A DNA stretch of 54,451 nucleotides from an uncultured Candidatus Saccharibacteria bacterium (GTDB lineage Bacteria > Patescibacteriota > Minisyncoccia > Phycocordibacterales > UBA918). The first letter of the stretch is position 1, and each line of letters starts with the position of its first letter. Location of the stretch: the NCBI GenBank assembly GCA_964425655.1, contig CAYRMU010000001.1, positions 1 through 54,451 of the forward strand. The letters are read 5' to 3'. Shown one piece after another: positions 15,701 to 25,006 of this stretch. The position numbers were made by a program, and so were the translations under genes. The notes below the pieces were generated by a model that worked only from the letters and a program-made list of their open reading frames with translations, searched no databases and was not told the origin of the DNA.

Positions 15701-17143
15701 GTACTGTAAATAATCTCCAAGCGTAGTTGAGCTAAGGCTCACGTCATTGAGCTCATCAAGTGTATTTGCTCCCGTAAGACACGTACCATTTACTGCCACA
15801 CAGCCGCTCGTTACATTAATACCGCCAACAAACAGTGAGCTCGTGCTGTTAATCACAGTGAAGCCGCCGGTAAAGGTACTGTCCCCAACTACCGTCAAGG
15901 TATCGGTTGGGGTCGAGGTACCAATGCCGAGACGGTCGTTGCGGTACACGAAGCCAGCTGACTGCGTCAACGCTGAACTCGTCGCATTCGCAAACTGCAG
16001 CGCACCAGCAATCAGCGTATTTGGAGTGTCGGTTAGGCCGACGTACGAAGCAGGTGCTGCGCCCGCAATACACACGCCATCAACCGCGTAGCAGCCATCG
16101 GTAATGTTCACACCACCACCAAACGTAGACGTGGCAGTACCGACAGTCGTGAGCGTACCAAAAACAGTCAAGCTCGCTGGTGTACTCGTTGCACCGACTG
16201 CCACATTAGTAAAGAATGCTGCTGCTGGTGTACTTGCGCCAATGATAGTGTCATCAATGGTGCCACTGAGGATAGTAAGAATGTTACTAACGTCCCCATC
16301 AAGAATACAACCGGAACATCCGCCTCGACCGCGCACAGAATCAAGTGTTGAAACGTTTTCAATCGTCAGTCCGTCAATTTCAATATCTTCACCTTCCTCC
16401 AAATCAAGTTCTCCAGTCTCACCATTAAGACTCGTCACCACCTCAAGATCTTCGAGGTCAACTGAGATAACTGGATTATTTTGAGTGCCGGTAATACTGA
16501 TGTTATCGCCAGCGGTAACGGTATTGACTATATTGCTCGCAAAAATACTTCCACCTTCCAGGTCAATATCTGCACCATTGGTGGTGATGCCACCTCCAAC
16601 GACCAGCGATCCCGCCACGGTAGCGCTACCGAGCGTGCTGTAGGAGCCAAACGTTGCTGCGCCAACTGTAGTAAGTGTATTCGTCTCAAGTGCATCAATG
16701 GTCAGCAATCCTAAAATAGTCGTCGTCGATAGCGTCGCCAAACCACTGATACGGAGATTGGTATCAATAAATAACGGCGCATTGATAACGAGTGTACCCT
16801 GCTCACTCGTGGCGGTTGGCACGTATGAACTACCCCTTTGCGCTACAGTATCGGTAGGCGAAACCAATTCATTGTTGGAGCTACCAAGCTGCGCCACTTG
16901 CAGTGCTTCGCCAGAAAAAATCTTCCCTGCCGTCGTGTACGCAATAGACCAAACTTTTTCAAACTGTGCACTCATCCGTGACCACCACGGTGACACATCG
17001 TCACCGGCCGCCTCTGTAGCAGCAAGTGGTGCAAACATAAACACGAGCATCATTAAAATAGCAATACTGAGCTTCACTAAATAGCCTCTAGTATACCCAT
17101 GCCTGAGTAGAGAGGTAGTAGTTTTTGCACGAATAATCTGCAT
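12785..17143 (-). CDS. giant (1452 aa) surface fibre protein: N-terminal signal/anchor, tandem fibre modules, LVIVD beta-propeller, S74 intramolecular-chaperone domain, acidic tail
   Basis: A single uninterrupted ORF with an ATG start and an N-terminal hydrophobic segment (LSIAILMMLVFMFAPLAATEA). The domain evidence is given in the sub-features below. Confidence 0.85.
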   Translation of the reverse strand: MQIIRAKTTTSLLRHGYTRGYLVKLSIAILMMLVFMFAPLAATEAAGDDVSPWWSRMSAQFEKVWSIAYTTAGKIFSGEALQVAQLGSSNNELVSPTDTVAQRGSSYVPTATSEQGTLVINAPLFIDTNLRISGLATLSTTTILGLLTIDALETNTLTTVGAATFGSYSTLGSATVAGSLVVGGGITTNGADIDLEGGSIFASNIVNTVTAGDNISITGTQNNPVISVDLEDLEVVTSLNGETGELDLEEGEDIEIDGLTIENVSTLDSVRGRGGCSGCILDGDVSNILTILSGTIDDTIIGASTPAAAFFTNVAVGATSTPASLTVFGTLTTVGTATSTFGGGVNITDGCYAVDGVCIAGAAPASYVGLTDTPNTLIAGALQFANATSSALTQSAGFVYRNDRLGIGTSTPTDTLTVVGDSTFTGGFTVINSTSSLFVGGINVTSGCVAVNGTCLTGANTLDELNDVSLSSTTLGDYLQYDGSVWRNVSAAALGLGDGTYLGLSDSPNSFVAGAIQYVNASNTALTQAADFVFTGTRLGIGTSSPMATLSVVGNSAFVGGINVTSGCVAVNGTCLGGADQLGDLTDVTLATTTAGDLLQYDGVAWVNVASAALGYGDGTYLGLDDTPDSFIAGALQFANATSSAITQTASLTYLNNSLRLGTSSVATRLSIDGDASLVGQGTLRLYSNGSNYVGFRASSTLASDTVWTLPTEDGSSDHVLVTDGAGNLRFAPVSAIGGGSETYLGLDDTPNSFTAGAIQYVHGSSTYLTQSSNFVFTGTNLGIGVTAPTEMLEVNGSVNFNGPGGTAGLYYNQSSALLGLGTESPSDRLTILGGSITQQGGNSTTDYGPSSVGGISLSDTVYALDVVGNYAYLVSESTGNDFHVVDVTNPAAPAQVAAINLTGSSEAVVVRGRYAFVGTDTIGNNFHVIDISNPLSPVQVAVAAMPSAVNGIAIAGRYAYVVSDSPGDDMSIVDISDPLNPVIVGGVNLPTNANGVAVRGDYAYVTTNGTGNDFHVINISNPTAPTTTDSVALTDGAHKVVVSGAYAYVTTNGTGNDFHVINVRNPADISVASSVALDAAGRGIALAGRYAYIASLTTGDDIEVVDVANPLAAVRIGGSNLGAGSAYGIRIIGRYAYMTTEVGGNDFHVFDISGATLQSAIVYSISGSQLSISDDATVAGRLRAGVGLSVGAEGIVTDGALLVYGSSSSYIEGSLGIGTTSTSSKLTVDGSIKAANLLGGATNLTTDANGVIIRDPSDARLKENVTEVENALELLTELRGVRYEWIDKDRFGAQVEIGFIAQEVDLVLPEVVSKGGDYWSLNKSNMIALVVEAVKDLWDIVRGQGERITELEARVQELEAALGTAPTPVEQNEPEPDQPTDESPGESVEPVAPLNGISQEAEDEIGTDAVVEDQTEDTPNDEVVVPSEASTETGPTDEPAVDTETETEASS
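12788..13057 (-). other. 90-aa acidic Pro/Glu/Asp/Thr-rich low-complexity C-terminal tail of the giant protein
   Basis: PTPVEQNEPEPDQPTDESPGESVEP...TEDTPNDEVVVPSEASTETGPTDEPAVDTETETEASS. Confidence 0.8.
13058..13378 (-). other. Peptidase_S74-type intramolecular chaperone/auto-processing domain followed by a coiled coil
   Basis: DPSDARLKENVTEVENALELLTELRGVRYEWID...IGFIAQEV...NMIALVVEAVKDL...ELEARVQELEAAL. Ser1258 (codon 13370-13372) and Lys1263 have the S-x4-K spacing of the endosialidase/tail-fibre self-cleavage dyad. Confidence 0.8.
13664..14566 (-). repeat. seven tandem ~44-aa LVIVD-type repeats (predicted 7-bladed beta-propeller)
   Basis: Seven copies of G(R/D/N)YAY(V/L/I)xxxxxGNDFHV(I/V)D(I/V)SNPxxP. 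An exact 47-bp DNA repeat sits at 13959-14005 and 14091-14137, spaced 132 bp. Confidence 0.8.
14654..16126 (-). repeat. four tandem fibre modules (period about 120 aa) within the giant CDS
   Basis: Y(L/V)GL(T/S/D)D(T/S)P(N/D)(S/T)(F/L)xAGA(L/I)Q(F/Y)...LGIGT recurs at aa 367, 501, 621 and 744. GGINVTSGCVAVNGTC recurs at aa 440 and 560. An exact 53-bp DNA repeat sits at 15420-15472 and 15780-15832, spaced exactly 360 bp. Confidence 0.85.
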
Positions 17144-17229
17144 ACGAAAATGATGCTGGGCTTCACCCAGTTAGCTTAATCGTAGCATAGCGATTTGGTC
17201 AAAATGTGGCTTATCACCGGGGTACAACC

Positions 17230-17502
17230 TCAGTTTTCAGTAGAAACCAGTTCGGGCTGTGTGTAGATTTTGGCGACATTATCAGCAAAGAATAGAACTG
17301 CCTGAGGAAATGAAAATGTCTCAACCTTTTCGTTTGGCAGCACTGCCAAAATGGGTACCTTACCGATAATGGTCATAAAACGTGCATGATCGGGTAGTAT
17401 AGAAAACTCACCCTCGACATTCTCCGATTCTAGCGCAATTACTTGCCCTTCCCAGACGACGCTTTGAGGACTCAATATTTGTACCGTAAACGTATCAGAC
17501 AT
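17230..17502 (-). CDS. atpC: F1 ATP synthase epsilon subunit, N-terminal beta-sandwich only (90 aa)
   Basis: ILSPQSVVWEGQVIALESENVEGEFSILPDHARFMTII matches the epsilon N-domain. It is the last gene of the atp cluster, and no C-terminal helical hairpin is encoded. Confidence 0.8.
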   Translation of the reverse strand: MSDTFTVQILSPQSVVWEGQVIALESENVEGEFSILPDHARFMTIIGKVPILAVLPNEKVETFSFPQAVLFFADNVAKIYTQPELVSTEN

Positions 17503-17508
17503 AGACTA

Positions 17509-19848
<2,340 letters not shown>

Positions 19849-19865
<17 letters not shown>

Positions 19866-21312
19866 ACGTTTGCATGATGTTATGGTGTGCTTTTACGGTT
19901 GTCAGGAAGGTCTGCCAGTCAATGGCGTCGTTGTACACCATTTGCCGCAAGGGTTCGAGCTCAGGGTGCTCGGTCACCATTTTTACCAACTTCGGTCGAA
20001 GCTTGGTCACAAAATCAACGGTGTAGCCAGAAAAGAATTCAGAAAACACTAGCGCCATGAGAAGCACCTGTGCCGCTGGGGTACGCCCCTCAAAGACGGG
20101 CTGCTGCAGCAACGCCTCAATAATCCCTCCACGACGAAGGACCTCTTTCGTCTGCTCACTTAAGTCAGCACTAAACTTTGCGTACTCGAGCTGTGTTCGG
20201 TATGAACCTAAGAGCATCTGCGTGTGTCTAGTCACCTGCTTCTGGAGCGTACGCTGGGATTGCCGCCCGACACGAGTTACCGACTGCTCAATACTGATGG
20301 ACGGGTAAATACCCTCAGCGCGGAGTCCAGGGACAAATGACAAGTGTCCGTCGGTACACGCCATGACGTTGGTTGGAATCAAGTCTGAGAAATTACGGAC
20401 GTCGGTTTGAATAACCGGCAGTGCGGTGATTGAACCGCCGCCAAGCTCTTCACTAAAGTGACCCGAGCGCTCCATCAAGTGGGCATGCTGGTAGAAAATA
20501 TCACCAGGATATGACTCTGTACTTGGTAAACGGCCCTCAAGGAGAGCGATCTCGCGCAGGTACTTTGCGTGCGCATCAAGGTCATCGAGGACGACGAGGA
20601 CATGCTCACCAAGACGGGCAAAGTGCTCCGCGAGCAAAAAAGCAATCGATGGTGCGAGCGAAATCATGGAGGCTGGCTCATCGGAGAGTGCCGAAATAAC
20701 TATGTTTTTACTCCCCGGGCGGGCCTTCCCAATAATGGTGTCAGTAATTTTGCGCAGGCCATTAATAGGCTTTCCAATAACGGTATAAATACAAACCGTC
20801 CCAAGACTGGCTTGTGCCTGAACTACTTCAGTTAAAAAGGTACTCTTACCACTCCGCATTGGTCCAAAAACCAGCTGACGCTGCCCTTTCGCAATTGGAA
20901 TCAGCGTATCAACCATGGTCACGCCCGTAATGAGCTGCTCATGAATTGGCTGCCGCACCTCAATCCCCGGAGCATCACCCTCAAGTGCAAAGCGCACATT
21001 GGCAGGTGGAAAGGAACCTTTATTATCGATGGGTTGCCCCAAGACATCAATAATTCGTCCAAAGAGGTGATTACCAACCGAATAGTGGTTGTCGTCGGCC
21101 AGGTACTGGTAGCGATCACCGGGCTGAGCTGCGTCAGAGAGCGCCAAGGCAAACACATGGGCGTCCCCAAGCGCACGCACAATAGCCCGCCGACCCTTTT
21201 GATCGATAAGCAAATCATTTACGCGCGCCGAAGGGAGCCCCTCAATCGTGAGCAGGTACCGCTTTGCTTTAACAACGATACCAACCTCCTGTATCCGAGT
21301 ACTAGGTTGCAT
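19849..21312 (-). CDS. atpA: F1 ATP synthase alpha subunit (divergent P-loop GPMRSGKST)
   Basis: LIPIAKGQRQLVFGPMRSGKSTF compares with the canonical GDRQTGKT. YPGDIFYQHAHLMER and ALPVIQT are also present. The track start at 21330 is GTG, so ATG at 21312 is used. Confidence 0.9.
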
Positions 21313-21817
21313 AGCTATCGAGTACCTCACGGATTACCTCTGGCATTTTTCGCAACCTTGGCGTGAAGGAATAATCGTACAACTTCCCGCCGGAAATGAC
21401 CGCACAGCCACCAAGCGTCATGGCATCTATCTCAAAATCGAGCATATGGTTTGGTGATAACTCTTTGCGGCACCACTCCCCCATGGTCTCCTCTCCATCT
21501 GCATCGAGGACTGCGGGTACGTACACCGTCACTCGCGGGAGCCCCTCAAGCCAAGTATGCAGCTCCGCTATGTTGGTATGGAATGTCTGCTCTGAAAATG
21601 CCGTAAGCCACGCAGTACCCCACAGCGCAACAGCGGTATGGTCTTCTGGCGTCGCTTCAACGGCCAACGCAGCGCTGTATCGCTCCTCAGGCGTTGCATC
21701 ACCTTCAGCTTTTGTATAAAAAAGTGATTCCAAAACTCGCTGCAAAAGACCAATCCGGCGCTTAGCCGCTTCAACCGAAAAAGTATTACTGAGTAAAGCT
21801 GCCTTAAGTGAATCCAT
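21302..21817 (-). CDS. atpH: F1 ATP synthase delta (OSCP) subunit, divergent
   Basis: Its position between b and alpha, its length of 171 aa, and the C-terminal EIDAMTLGGCAVISGGKLYDYSF, which resembles the OSCP motif DPxLIGGxxxxxGDxxxDxS. Confidence 0.65.
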   Translation of the reverse strand: MDSLKAALLSNTFSVEAAKRRIGLLQRVLESLFYTKAEGDATPEERYSAALAVEATPEDHTAVALWGTAWLTAFSEQTFHTNIAELHTWLEGLPRVTVYVPAVLDADGEETMGEWCRKELSPNHMLDFEIDAMTLGGCAVISGGKLYDYSFTPRLRKMPEVIREVLDSYAT

Positions 21818-21823
21818 AGCGTA

Positions 21824-22609
21824 TTACAAAATGTTTTCGCGCTTAGCGACCGCGAGTGCATCGCGCGCCAATTCAGCATGGTCAGTAATGGTGAGTTGCT
21901 TCTGAAGCACTTTCTTTGTGACTGACTCGACGATGTTGTTGATATGCGTATCAAGGAGGTGCAACCGCGCTTTTTTGTACGCCAAGATTTCTCCATCGAG
22001 TGCAACCAAGGCTGCTTTTGTGTGCTCATCGAGCTTCGTCTTCACCATCATGTCTTGTGTAGCTAGTGCGTTTGTGAGTGTACTCGAGGCATTCTCAATC
22101 ACGCGACTCATTGTACTGAGTGAGGCCTGGGCAGCTGCATCAACCTGCTTCTCTGTTGCGGTAAACGAATCGAGTACCCCCATAAAGCGGGTATTGAGTT
22201 TTTCTCGTCCAGCCTCAAGGGCATCAAGTGACTGATCACCAATACTTTCAAGCTTTTCTAAATGGACCGCAATAGCGCCGTTCATTTTCTGTGTCAGCAT
22301 TTCAGCGTGCTGCTTGAGATTTTCCTGGTAGGCACTCTGCAGCTCTGCGGCGTGCTGGGTATAGGCAGCTAGAATCTGTGTATGTTCAGTTTCAGCACTG
22401 GCGATAATGGCATCTGCCTTGCGCTTTGCCTCGGCTATAATTCCCTCAGCCTCTTCTTCCGCCTGGTGCTGCACAAATTCGTAGGCTGGCGCCGCAATCC
22501 GGTTTACCATTAAGCTGCTTCGGACCTGGAGAAAAAGCATGACCAACATCGATACAATAAGGCCACCTAAAATTCCAGCAAGAAGTTCAATTGAGAGAGG
22601 GATGTTCAT
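21824..22609 (-). CDS. atpF: F0 ATP synthase b subunit-like, elongated (261 aa)
   Basis: A single N-terminal TM (LLAGILGGLIVSMLVMLFL) followed by a long charged helix (QAEEEAEGIIAEAKRKADAIIASAE...). It is the first gene of the cluster. Confidence 0.65.
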   Translation of the reverse strand: MNIPLSIELLAGILGGLIVSMLVMLFLQVRSSLMVNRIAAPAYEFVQHQAEEEAEGIIAEAKRKADAIIASAETEHTQILAAYTQHAAELQSAYQENLKQHAEMLTQKMNGAIAVHLEKLESIGDQSLDALEAGREKLNTRFMGVLDSFTATEKQVDAAAQASLSTMSRVIENASSTLTNALATQDMMVKTKLDEHTKAALVALDGEILAYKKARLHLLDTHINNIVESVTKKVLQKQLTITDHAELARDALAVAKRENIL

Positions 22610-22747
22610 AGTGTAACTCGTCTAATCGTAACGTAGGAAGCAAGGAGCTACAAGCTTTTCTACGCACAGCCCTAAAGAAATTAAAAATTAGAAATAAAAT
22701 ATTAAATATATACTTTTTTATTTTCTCTATTTAATATTTCATATTAT
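22610..22747 (-). promoter_or_regulatory. atp operon upstream region: AT-rich tract (22674-22747) plus candidate TTGTAG-N17-TACGAT promoter
   Basis: On the minus strand, the -35 is the complement of 22648-22653 and the -10 is the complement of 22625-22630, with a 17-nt spacer. A run of roughly 75 nt upstream is almost all A/T. Confidence 0.3.
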
Positions 22748-23530
22748 TTATATAGGGAGCACGAGGACGCCGATGGCGACAAAGATAACAACAATTACCA
22801 ATAGCAGCACCATGATTAAGCTGCCAGCTGCAATCCAGACAACCGACTTTCGCGCGCGCGGATTGCGTCCAATTGAGAGTACGCTTGAGCTCAGTATTGA
22901 GCGGAAACTGTAGAGCAAGAAACCGAGTGCACCGAGTGTGATAATCACGGCCACTAAAATGCGCGGCAATGAGGTCGCTTCTTTTGCCTCACGTGCTTCA
23001 GCAACTGCTGCCTGACGAGACTGTTGTGCTGCCATCGCTGCTTCTACCCCCACCTCTGCTTGAATAATCCCCTGTCCAGCTGCTAAATCCTCTAGCGCAA
23101 CCGCAAATACCGCCATTGTCTCAAGATCAGCCCGCATGGCTACTCCAGCCACTGGGCTCGTTGTGAGTAAATCACCACGAACAATGGCACCATTCTGACC
23201 CGCATCCACCAGTACGCCACTGACTCCCTGCGTTACAATCGGTGTTGTATTGCTGGCTGTCACAAAAACAATTGCTGGACGCTCACCTACTACCCCATAG
23301 ACGGCTGTATCAAACGCTGCTTCAGTTAACGTATACGTAGCACGCTCGTCATTGTAGCGAACCACCATACCTGGAGATCCAGGAGTGCCTGCCAGCGGAA
23401 TTGTCGTAGCAATCGGTAGCTCTGAATTTGCCTGCACCCCAGAACCAGCCAGGAGAGCGTACACCACCCCCACCACCACGAGCCAACGCCAGTGGACCGT
23501 CAGCTGATTACGCGAAGAAAAATAAAACAT
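22748..23530 (-). CDS. hypothetical membrane protein: signal peptide, ~170-aa extracytoplasmic domain, Ala/Gln-rich linker, C-terminal two-TM hairpin
   Basis: ATG at 23530; the track start at 23563 is TTG. The signal is WRWLVVVGVVYALLAGSGVQA. The C-terminus is LVAVIITLGALGFLLYSF...SIGRNPRARKS...VWIAAGSLIMVLLLVIVVIFVAIGVLV. Confidence 0.55.
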   Translation of the reverse strand: MFYFSSRNQLTVHWRWLVVVGVVYALLAGSGVQANSELPIATTIPLAGTPGSPGMVVRYNDERATYTLTEAAFDTAVYGVVGERPAIVFVTASNTTPIVTQGVSGVLVDAGQNGAIVRGDLLTTSPVAGVAMRADLETMAVFAVALEDLAAGQGIIQAEVGVEAAMAAQQSRQAAVAEAREAKEATSLPRILVAVIITLGALGFLLYSFRSILSSSVLSIGRNPRARKSVVWIAAGSLIMVLLLVIVVIFVAIGVLVLPI

Positions 23531-23537
23531 AGAAGTG

Positions 23538-24023
23538 CTAGTCAGATACTTCAAACCACTCAATCACCGCTGCTGGGGTAACTACGCGCTCACGTAACAC
23601 AGACGCAGTTTGTGATAACCCGTCACCAATATCTGCCCACGTCACCTCAGCCTGAAAAGCTGCAAACGAAACAATCGCAAGAATACATCCGCACATTGTC
23701 ACAATCCCTACCTGACCAACAACAAACCAGGCCTGTGCGGGCTCTCGAAGTTGCCCTGTTCGTTCTTCGTACTCACGCCAGGCTGTCTCAGCTCGTTCAC
23801 GAAGTGCTACGTTACGAAGCTGCATCGTGGCATCATGCTCTGAAGCCGCTATAAACGCCTGGAGTGAAGCAATATCTACAAAACATTGACCCTGCACAAA
23901 GGATGCATCAATCCATTTACCTCGAGCCAGCCGCTCGACATAGGACACGTGGTACCCCACGACCAAAGCCGCTCGATCACTCGCTACATACAACCGCCCG
24001 TTTATATCGAGTGACTCAAGCAT
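23538..24023 (-). CDS. hypothetical protein: possible N-terminal excisionase/MerR-like HTH plus a single TM
   Basis: LYVASDRAALVVGYHVSYVERLARGKWIDASFVQGQCFVDIASLQAFI resembles the HTH_17 pattern. The TM is WFVVGQVGIVTMCGCILAIVSFAAF. Confidence 0.45.
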   Translation of the reverse strand: MLESLDINGRLYVASDRAALVVGYHVSYVERLARGKWIDASFVQGQCFVDIASLQAFIAASEHDATMQLRNVALRERAETAWREYEERTGQLREPAQAWFVVGQVGIVTMCGCILAIVSFAAFQAEVTWADIGDGLSQTASVLRERVVTPAAVIEWFEVSD

Positions 24024-24071
24024 ACCGTAGCTCTATTGTAGCTGAAGTGCACTTAAAAGCGCTGCGTAAGC

Positions 24072-24887
24072 TTAAAAACTGTGGACAAGCAAGGCAGTGA
24101 GCTGCATTTTTATCAAGTTGACCAGCTCTACCAGTGGCGTGAGACTGTACGTCTCGCCACTCGCATCAGCCGTTACTGCAACTGAATTAGTTACACTCAC
24201 CAGGCCGACCGCAATAATGGAGGCAGTGAGGCCCGATACGACAATCACCCACGGAGAAACTAGCGAACGACTATCGACCATTCGTGCATCTACTTTAATA
24301 GTTGTCCCACGCGGGTTTCGGTCTGTTATGCGCTCTCGCTGCATACCAATAATGCCGTCAGGATTACTCAAAGGAACTAAGGTTTCCTTTTCGTGCTTCG
24401 TGTAGGCATTGAGTGTCTTTCGTCCTTTCTTGTGAACGACCGGTATGTGGTACACACCGTGCGCATCTTTACCTTGAGCAACTGCATCGTCGGTTAAAGC
24501 AGCAACTTCTGCGTCCGCTTCTTTTGTGGCAGCTGGCTTTGCCGCTTCGGCCACGGAAGCTTCGGGAACCACTGCGTTTTCGGCCACCGCTTCAACTGGC
24601 ACATCTGGCACTTCACCAATTGAGAGTTTGCCTCGAAACTGAATCACCGGGAGCGGAGTTGCTTCATAGCGTGCAGTGCCTCCATCACTTGACGCAATGC
24701 GGACCTTCTCAGCCTCGGCTAGACCCACCGCAACTCGGCCAATTTTTTTTGGCTTCGGGAGCAAATCTCCAGCATCAGTCTCATAGGAAGCTTTCGTGAT
24801 TGGAATACGACGGTAAAAATGCTCAGCATATTTTGCTGAAGCAGTTCCCCCTCCTACACGAACAAAACTACGTGTCTCCTGACCCAT
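24072..24887 (-). CDS. hypothetical protein with a single TM near the C-terminus
   Basis: ATG start and an Ala/Glu-rich central region. The TM is WVIVVSGLTASIIAVGLVSV. I recognise no family. Confidence 0.5.
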   Translation of the reverse strand: MGQETRSFVRVGGGTASAKYAEHFYRRIPITKASYETDAGDLLPKPKKIGRVAVGLAEAEKVRIASSDGGTARYEATPLPVIQFRGKLSIGEVPDVPVEAVAENAVVPEASVAEAAKPAATKEADAEVAALTDDAVAQGKDAHGVYHIPVVHKKGRKTLNAYTKHEKETLVPLSNPDGIIGMQRERITDRNPRGTTIKVDARMVDSRSLVSPWVIVVSGLTASIIAVGLVSVTNSVAVTADASGETYSLTPLVELVNLIKMQLTALLVHSF

Positions 24888-24919
24888 ATTACGTAGCCCC
24901 AGTATACCGCCCTAACCAA

Positions 24920-24953
24920 AACCACACCAGGCACTTCTGTGGCTGGTGTGGTT
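24920..24953 (-). terminator. rho-independent terminator of gatB
   Basis: aaccacaccag-gcacttctgtgg-ctggtgtggtt: an 11-bp stem, with TTTT following on the minus strand. Confidence 0.7.
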
Positions 24954-25006
24954 ATATGTATGAAAGTCCTACTATCGTAGTATGACAATAACTTTTATCA
25001 AGGTTT

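Noticed and set aside
13959-15832. Regularly spaced exact repeats that might suggest a CRISPR array or other non-coding repeat
   Set aside because: The repeats lie in frame inside one long ORF and encode the repeated protein motifs (LVIVD blades and GGINVTSGCVAVNGTC modules). Only two copies of each exist, and the intervening 'spacers' are homologous to each other.
13278-17084. Plus-strand ORFs of 114-128 aa (13278..13637, 15747..16091, 16104..16484, 16698..17084) inside the fibre gene
   Set aside because: They are antisense shadow ORFs of a strongly supported repeat-rich CDS. Their Ser/Thr/Pro/Val-rich translations carry no motifs.
12785-17143. Possible prophage or tailocin, suggested by the tail-fibre S74 domain together with the holin-family gene at 27403
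   Set aside because: The two genes are 10 kb apart, separated by the ATP synthase operon, gatB and obg. No capsid, portal, terminase, tape-measure, baseplate, integrase or att-like repeats are visible anywhere in the window.
22748-22975. C-terminal two-helix hairpin with loop SIGRNPRA, resembling an F0 c-subunit (loop R-Q/N-P) immediately upstream of atpF
   Set aside because: The second helix has no Asp or Glu ion-binding carboxylate. The hairpin is attached to a 190-aa exported domain. A non-coding AT-rich region separates it from atpF. It is probably a coincidental motif.
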